From IMG/VR virus record IMGVR_UViG_3300042517_001594, positions 1 through 50,998 of that record: a stretch of 50,998 nucleotides of DNA; one strand, 5' to 3'. The notes under the pieces were generated by a model. That model saw only the letters and a program-made list of their open reading frames with translations. It was not told the origin of the DNA and ran no database searches. A program made the translations under genes and the position numbers. Shown here one piece after another: positions 46,165 through 50,998 of this stretch. Position 1 is the first letter of the stretch. Every line of letters begins with the position of its first letter. Source of the stretch: a virus (Duplodnaviria; Caudoviricetes).

Positions 46165-47045
46165 CCCCACGCACCCGCATCACCCTCGCGCTGTTCGCAC
46201 TCCTCGCCCCGCTCACCGCGCTGGCCGCCATCACATCGCTGGATGGCGTTGTGGCTGGCATGCGTCCGCCGCTGGAGGTGCTGAAGGTGGGCGCCATCAT
46301 GGAGGCGGTGGGCGTGCGGCATTCGTTCTTCTACACCACCGGCGCACCGGGCGCGGCTGCGGCCCCTAGCCCCGGAATCAACGGCGCGGCGTTGACAACA
46401 TATGCAGGGCAGGTGCCCTTCACCAACCCGGTGAGCGGCAACACGTACTTGGCGCGCTTCTCCGCTGCAGCGTCGGTGGCGGGCCGCGTGTTCCTCTACG
46501 ACCGCCTGTGGCACAACAGCGGCATTGCCGTCGCAACGACGACGCTGCAGGCCATCACCACGCCCACGTGGCCGGCGCGTGATGTGGACGGCAGCACCAA
46601 CGGCGTGGGCGTCATGTGCGCCATTGAGGTGAGCACGGCCACCACCAACGCGGGTGCCATCGCAAACACCACGCTCAACTACACGGACCAATCCGGGAAC
46701 ACCGGCAACGTCGCCACCATCACGTCATTCCCCGCGACCGCAGTGGCGGGCACGTTCGTCCCGTTCCAGCTTGCCTCGGGCGACACCGGCATCCGCGCCA
46801 TCACCGCAGCCAGCGGTGGCGGCATCACGCTGGGTACGTCCTACGGCGGCGGCGCCATCCACCTGGTTTGCTACCGCTTCATCGCTGAGCTGGAGCTGCC
46901 CATCGCCAACACCGGCAACGCGGTGGATGCCATCACCAGCGGCTTCCCGCGCCTGTACGACAACACCGTCCCGTTCCTGGTGTGGCTGCCCACTGCCACC
47001 ACCGCCGTCACGGTTTCCGGCGCCATCGTCTTCACCCAGGGGTGA
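46161..47045 (+). CDS. Tail-module protein with Sec signal peptide
   Basis: MTPRTRITLALFALLAPLTALA|AITSLDG; LYDRLWHNSG, L.SGDTGIR. Confidence 0.75.
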   Translation: MTPRTRITLALFALLAPLTALAAITSLDGVVAGMRPPLEVLKVGAIMEAVGVRHSFFYTTGAPGAAAAPSPGINGAALTTYAGQVPFTNPVSGNTYLARFSAAASVAGRVFLYDRLWHNSGIAVATTTLQAITTPTWPARDVDGSTNGVGVMCAIEVSTATTNAGAIANTTLNYTDQSGNTGNVATITSFPATAVAGTFVPFQLASGDTGIRAITAASGGGITLGTSYGGGAIHLVCYRFIAELELPIANTGNAVDAITSGFPRLYDNTVPFLVWLPTATTAVTVSGAIVFTQG

Positions 47046-47048
47046 CCC

Positions 47049-47219
47049 GTGCTGATGCCCACGCGCTGCGAGGAGTGCCCGTGCTTCCAGGCCGCCACCG
47101 GGGAGTGCGCTGCGGCGCGCCTGCTGGGCGCTGAGGACACGACCCCGGACCAGACCGACCCTCCGCCCGACTCCTGCCCAGCCCGCACCAGCGGCGGTCT
47201 GGTGGTGCTGGTGACGTGA
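47049..47219 (+). CDS. 56-aa Cys-rich protein (not in the ORF track)
   Basis: Manual translation MLMPTRCEECPCF...EC...PDSCP...; exactly fills the gap between neighbouring genes. Confidence 0.6.
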   Translation: MLMPTRCEECPCFQAATGECAAARLLGAEDTTPDQTDPPPDSCPARTSGGLVVLVT

Positions 47220-47220
47220 C

Positions 47221-47577
47221 ATGTCGAGCGGCGGCAAGGGGCGTGGGATTGGCTCGCGCTGGCCGCGGCCTGGGAATGTCCGCCCATCCCCTGCACCGGG
47301 TGACGCGGACAACGCCAACGCGGATGCGCTGCGGGACTTCTTCTTCGGCACTGCGGCGCCACCCACCATCAACGGAACGGGCGCCATCACGCTGGCGTCG
47401 GACACCGTGGCGGGTGTCGGCAACACAACGGTTGTGGCTGCGGGCGCCATCACGCTTACCGGGGACACGGTGGCAGGGACAGGCACGTCGGGCACCGTGA
47501 GCACCGTGCGGGTGGGGCGCAGCATGGGACGCGCACGCCGCGGGTACGGCCGGCCGGGCCCGAAGATGGGCCGGTAG
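47221..47577 (+). CDS. Short fibre-like protein with two 21-aa repeats
   Basis: GAITLASDTVAGVG / GAITLTGDTVAGTG, 63-bp period. Confidence 0.65.
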   Translation: MSSGGKGRGIGSRWPRPGNVRPSPAPGDADNANADALRDFFFGTAAPPTINGTGAITLASDTVAGVGNTTVVAAGAITLTGDTVAGTGTSGTVSTVRVGRSMGRARRGYGRPGPKMGR

Positions 47578-47622
47578 CAGTACGCTCTGGATTCGCCGCA
47601 CCGGGTGAAGCGTCATCCGCCC

Positions 47623-47871
47623 ATGAGAGCGAAACCCAAGGCCAAGCCGGGTCACCGTGAAGGACGCATCCGGGTGGGACGCGGGAGCCGGAGCGTCACG
47701 CCAGCAAGCACAGCAGACAGTTCCTTGAGAGGGAGCGGGACGAGCTCACGGGCACCCTGGAGCGGCACCTGTCCGGAGAGGCGCGCCTTGAGCCCGCACA
47801 AGCGGGACGCCACGGCGTGGCTGCTTCGCTTCACGCTGCAGAAGCTGGAGACCCTGGGGGCGGGCCAATGA
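47623..47871 (+). CDS. Basic hypothetical protein
   Basis: Stop coupled to the next ATG; weak codon bias in the 5' half. Confidence 0.4.
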   Translation: MRAKPKAKPGHREGRIRVGRGSRSVTPASTADSSLRGSGTSSRAPWSGTCPERRALSPHKRDATAWLLRFTLQKLETLGAGQ

Positions 47872-48005
47872 AGCGCCGCATCTACATGGCCGGCTGCTAC
47901 GTGCTGGCCTTCTTCTTCTGGCTGGCGCTGTGCGTGCTCGGCGTCTGGGACTGGCTGCACCCGGAAGTGGATGAAGGCCGCAGCCCGGGCGACAGCAAGC
48001 CATGA
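47868..48005 (+). CDS. Small single-TM membrane protein
   Basis: MKRRIY followed by a hydrophobic helix; coupled on both sides. Confidence 0.65.
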   Translation: MKRRIYMAGCYVLAFFFWLALCVLGVWDWLHPEVDEGRSPGDSKP

Positions 48006-48322
48006 GCACCGGCATGCACCGCAAGGCTCCCGGGGAGCCGCTCCGCACGTCCTCCCGCACGCGCTGGCGCGAGTGGCTCCGCGTGGTGCGCATGGTGGTC
48101 CTGGCACCCAAGGCGTTCCCAGAGCCCACGCCGGCCGACATGCTGCCCGCCACCCAGGTGCGCTGGTCCCGCTACCAGGTGGTGCGCCACGGCCAGAAGG
48201 CGTGGCTCTGGGAGGTTCGGACGCAGAGCCTGTGCCGGACCGGGCTGTGCTGGAGTGAGGTTGCCGCGGACCTGGACATCCAGGAGTCCATGGAGTTCAT
48301 GCGCAGCTGGGCCGTGCAGTGA
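48002..48322 (+). CDS. Hypothetical protein
   Basis: Coupled ORF. Confidence 0.6.
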   Translation: MSTGMHRKAPGEPLRTSSRTRWREWLRVVRMVVLAPKAFPEPTPADMLPATQVRWSRYQVVRHGQKAWLWEVRTQSLCRTGLCWSEVAADLDIQESMEFMRSWAVQ

Positions 48323-48531
48323 CCAGCGCCCCCACCGACTACCGCGCCAGCGTCCTCTCCCTGCTCGCCACCGGGCCCATGAGCCGGAAGCAGCTGGCCA
48401 CCGCCATGGGAATCCGCTCCACCAACGCCGACCTGGACCGCACGCTGCAAGCCTTGGTGCGTGACCGGAAGGCGCTCCGCCTGCCGCATGAGCCGGGGAG
48501 CGTGGCCCTGTTCCAGCTGGCCGGAGCGTGA
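48319..48531 (+). CDS. Small winged-helix protein
   Basis: VLSLLATGPMSRKQLA...LDRTLQALVRD. Confidence 0.7.
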   Translation: MTSAPTDYRASVLSLLATGPMSRKQLATAMGIRSTNADLDRTLQALVRDRKALRLPHEPGSVALFQLAGA

Positions 48532-48536
48532 CGCGC

Positions 48537-49805
48537 TCACCCTGCGTCGCGGCACACCGGCGTCACAATGCACAGCATCAGGTGCGTCTTCTCCGCGTCT
48601 GCACGCGGTGAAACGCCTTCCATTCTGAGGATTGTGATTCCTCGGGTCGCGGGTTCGAACCCCGTCATTCGCCCCAACAGAACACCCGAAACCCCCGGAA
48701 ACACCGGGGGTTTTTCATTTGCCCCGCCGGCCGCGCTGTCCATCCTGTCCACCGTGTCCAACCTCTCCGGCACACCGGCGTCACACTCTGTGGCCAAGAC
48801 TGCGAGGTGATCCGCAGTCAGGCGCCCGTACACGCGCTGCAGCATGGTGGTCGTGGCGTGGCCCATCATCGGCGCCAGGTACTCCAGCGGCTGGCCGGAC
48901 AGGCGCCCCCACATTCCGAACGTGCGCCGCAGGTCGTTGGTGCTCACCGGTGCCACGGGGTGCCCGGTTGCCTCGGTGGCGCGCGCGCAGGCGGCCCGCA
49001 GGTCCCGGTTCACGTTCTGCCAGGGCAGGAACAGCGCGCCCTCCACGCCGGCCGCGTGCTTGGCGGTGAACGCCAACAGGTCCCGTTGCCATGGCATCAC
49101 CACCGGCACCTGCCGCATGCGGGTGACGCGCTTGTGCCCGCGGACCTGGACCAGCGTGGCGCCCACGTCCCCGCGCTGCGCCGCATCCGTCTCGCTCCAG
49201 TTGGCGGAGGTGGCCACGGCAAACGCCACCCGCGCGGCCCGGTCCGGGGTCAGCTGTTCCAGCAGGGCGCGCAGCTCCCATGGGCGCAGCCATCGGTCCC
49301 GGGGCTGGTAGTCGCCCGCCAGGGACGGCGGCATCACCGCGGCCAGGTCGCCCACCCACAGGCCCCGGCGCTTGGCCAGTTGCAGCGCCTGGGAGAGCAC
49401 CACCAGCTCCTTTTGGATGGTGGTGTCCCGCGCATCCTCGCTGCGACGCTGGGACACGTAGGCGTCCACCGCGGCGGGGGTGAGCGCGCGCATGGGCACG
49501 TCCAACAGACGTACCAGGTGGCCCGCCTTGGAGCGGTAGAAGGTGAGGGTGGCGGGCCGGCGCTTACTCGCGCCCACCTCCTCTTCCTTCAGCGCAATGA
49601 CGGCATCCAGCGCATCGGTCAGGCGGGCTTGCGCCTGGGCTGCGTGATGCGGATTCGCGGCTTCCCGTTCGAGCCGCCGGGCAACAATCGCAGCTGCGGC
49701 CTTGTCCGTGCAGTGCGTGGAGACGCGCTGCGCCTGCCCGTGGGCGTCGTAGACACGCGTCCACCAGATGCGCCCTCGGAGATACAGCCGGTCTCGCCCT
49801 GGCAT
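48537..49805 (-). CDS. int: Tyrosine integrase with intragenic attP
   Basis: GGGAGG RBS; arm-binding-like N-terminus; DLRRTFG, MMGH, VYG; reads through the tRNA-like core. Confidence 0.92.
   Translation of the reverse strand: MPGRDRLYLRGRIWWTRVYDAHGQAQRVSTHCTDKAAAAIVARRLEREAANPHHAAQAQARLTDALDAVIALKEEEVGASKRRPATLTFYRSKAGHLVRLLDVPMRALTPAAVDAYVSQRRSEDARDTTIQKELVVLSQALQLAKRRGLWVGDLAAVMPPSLAGDYQPRDRWLRPWELRALLEQLTPDRAARVAFAVATSANWSETDAAQRGDVGATLVQVRGHKRVTRMRQVPVVMPWQRDLLAFTAKHAAGVEGALFLPWQNVNRDLRAACARATEATGHPVAPVSTNDLRRTFGMWGRLSGQPLEYLAPMMGHATTTMLQRVYGRLTADHLAVLATECDAGVPERLDTVDRMDSAAGGANEKPPVFPGVSGVLLGRMTGFEPATRGITILRMEGVSPRADAEKTHLMLCIVTPVCRDAG
48627..48676 (+). other. attP core: 3' half of tRNA-His(GUG)
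   Basis: Anticodon arm GAGGA-TTGTGAT-TCCTC, T arm GCGGG-TTCGAAC-CCCGT, acceptor 3' strand CATTCGC, discriminator C, CCA; no 5' half. Confidence 0.92.
48689..48715 (+). terminator. Intrinsic terminator for the reconstituted tRNA
   Basis: AAACCCCCGG-AAACA-CCGGGGGTTTTT immediately after CCA. Confidence 0.85.
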
Positions 49806-49978
49806 TGGTACGCCTCCCAGGCCGCTTCCCAGACGTCCAGCGGCAGGCGCAGGGCAGCACGGCAACCGGGCGCCCGTCCACGTGCGCGCGCCACCTCCAG
49901 CATCAGGCGGTAGGCCAGTGCTCGGCTGATGCTGTGGCGGGCCGCCACGTCGGAAGCGGTGAGGTCTGGGGTGTTCAT
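49619..49978 (-). CDS. Excisionase-like HTH protein overlapping the int 5' end
   Basis: LTASDVAARHSISRALAYRLM HTH; GGAGG RBS. Confidence 0.75.
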   Translation of the reverse strand: MNTPDLTASDVAARHSISRALAYRLMLEVARARGRAPGCRAALRLPLDVWEAAWEAYQCQGETGCISEGASGGRVSTTPTGRRSASPRTARTRPQLRLLPGGSNGKPRIRITQPRRKPA

Positions 49979-50065
49979 GCGGGGTGCCCTCCGCGGATGG
50001 AGTGCGTGTCCCGGGGCGGCGCTGGAAGCGGAAAACCGCGCCACCGCGTCACGTGCCGGGGTGGT

Positions 50066-50629
50066 TCACGGGTGGGAGAAGAACTGCACCGGGCGCTGGC
50101 CGAAGCCCTCAGCCATGGACATGTCCCGCGCGCACCGGGCGCCAGCCTGGGCAATGCGCAGCTGGTCCGCGGTGTTCCCCGGGAGCACCACGCCCACGTG
50201 GCCGGGGCCAAGCTCATTCACCCAGCCGGCAACCACCGGGCGGCCTGCCGATGCATGCGCGGCGGCGGTGGCGCGGTCCACCCGCGTGTACCCCCAGGCA
50301 CCCTCAGGCCTTCGCATGGCGCGCACCAGCTCGTTGGCGCGGGTTTCGCGGGCGAGCCGGCCAGGCTGCGCGGGGGCATCCGCGGCATCCACCCAGTGCG
50401 GCACCTCCGCACCCATGGCGCACGTGAAGTCCCACAGGAAGATGTTGCAGTAGGTCAGCGTCCCGAGCGGCGCGTACCGTGGGGATGCTTCCGGCTGCAG
50501 CGCTGCCACCACCTCCAGGATGTGGGCGGGGTCGCGCGCGGTGGGCAGGCTATGCGGAAGGAGCCACAGCGGCAGCGGCCGCCAGCGTTCGTTCCGGTTG
50601 TTCAGCGCTTTAGCGAGCTGTGGGTGCAT
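50066..50629 (-). CDS. CHAP/NlpC-P60-like cysteine amidase (putative peptidoglycan hydrolase)
   Basis: TYCNIF (catalytic Cys), RAN, GHVGVV (His), AQAG. Confidence 0.8.
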   Translation of the reverse strand: MHPQLAKALNNRNERWRPLPLWLLPHSLPTARDPAHILEVVAALQPEASPRYAPLGTLTYCNIFLWDFTCAMGAEVPHWVDAADAPAQPGRLARETRANELVRAMRRPEGAWGYTRVDRATAAAHASAGRPVVAGWVNELGPGHVGVVLPGNTADQLRIAQAGARCARDMSMAEGFGQRPVQFFSHP

Positions 50630-50669
50630 CCTCAGGGTGTGCTGGTCCCGGGGCGGCGTTGCCAGCGTG

Positions 50670-50930
50670 TCAGCGGATTTCCCGCGCGGTCATCTTCCAG
50701 CAGCGACCGCACTGCCACGCGGTGCGCACCACTGCCGGCTCCACGCGCTCAATGTTCTGGCACTCATCACCGCAGTGGGTGCAGCGCGTGCGGAAGATGC
50801 GCCACCCAGGCGCGGGGCCAATGGGCTCCGGCTCTGGTGTGCGGCGGCGCCATGCGCTGACCAGCACGTAGCGGATGGCGGCGTGAAGAGGCCAACCCAG
50901 GTTGAGCCACAGGAACAGGATGCGCCTCAT
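50670..50930 (-). CDS. Small zinc-finger protein with hydrophobic N-terminus
   Basis: CTHC...CGRC; start coupled to the stop of 56-727 across the circular junction. Confidence 0.6.
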   Translation of the reverse strand: MRRILFLWLNLGWPLHAAIRYVLVSAWRRRTPEPEPIGPAPGWRIFRTRCTHCGDECQNIERVEPAVVRTAWQCGRCWKMTAREIR

Positions 50931-50998
50931 GTGATCGCCCCCGGGTCAGGCCCACCGCAGCCCTGCACCTGCGCCGGACGCGGTTCCAGTTCCGCCAC
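50872..50998 (+). repeat. Terminal direct repeat copy 2
   Basis: Identical to 1-127. Confidence 0.95.

Larger units (their letters stand above)
48550..48785 (+). repeat. 18-bp direct repeat CGGCACACCGGCGTCACA flanking the attP core (48550-48567, 48768-48785) plus 3x TGTCCA (48737, 48746, 48755)
   Basis: Exact repeats read from the sequence; candidate arm-type and Xis sites. Confidence 0.8.
1..50998. mobile_element. Complete temperate tailed phage genome (siphovirus-like), circular, unit length ~50,871 bp
   Basis: Terminase, portal, capsid, tail, tape measure, repressor, antirepressor, integrase and intact attP are all present; the ends overlap exactly by 127 bp; no host housekeeping flanks. 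Confidence 0.95.

Noticed and set aside
41295-47577. Diversity-generating retroelement or invertible tail-fibre cassette
   Set aside because: No reverse transcriptase, invertase, template/variable repeat pair or flanking inverted repeats found by eye
48590-48676. Complete phage tRNA-His gene
   Set aside because: No D-arm or complementary 5' acceptor strand upstream; only the 3' half is present, so it is attP
50872-50998. 127-bp terminal repeat as a biological direct terminal repeat
   Set aside because: The length equals a common assembler k-mer, and it cuts through coupled early genes far from the terminase; best read as a circular-contig overlap

Overview
The window is an apparently complete ~50.87 kb, very GC-rich (~70% by eye) temperate tailed-phage genome. 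Bases 1-127 are repeated at 50872-50998 (circular assembly overlap) and attP is intact, so this is the excised or virion form. A long leftward early operon starts at a near-consensus sigma70 promoter (~18480-18506). It encodes SSB, a RecT-like annealase, a Cas4-like exonuclease, a C5 DNA methyltransferase, a divergent beta-clamp, a degenerate primase-like protein, an AAA_25/RepA-type helicase, RusA, DUF5131, a RyR-domain protein and many small ORFs, then wraps round to a CHAP/NlpC-P60-like hydrolase, xis and int. The immunity region holds an XRE repressor, a membrane protein and a P22-type antirepressor. The rightward morphogenesis operon runs terS, terL, portal, MuF-like, scaffold, capsid, tail tube, frameshifted tail chaperone, tape measure and tail-tip genes (siphovirus-like). 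attP is the 3' half of a tRNA-His lying inside the int coding sequence, an arrangement like Myxococcus phage Mx8; with the GC content this suggests a myxobacterial-type host (inference). Best candidates for new biology: (1) a 68-aa winged-helix domain shared at 76% identity between the helicase and the antirepressor, heavily diverged at synonymous sites and sitting next to an origin-like, structured non-coding region; (2) short host-mimic motifs (SSB tail on a Zn-finger protein, Ku-like tail on the exonuclease, clamp-binding motifs plus a pocket-altered clamp); (3) several Cys-containing proteins with signal peptides inside the virion-assembly operon; (4) an integrase with non-canonical catalytic residues. 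All family calls are by motif recognition, with no database searches.
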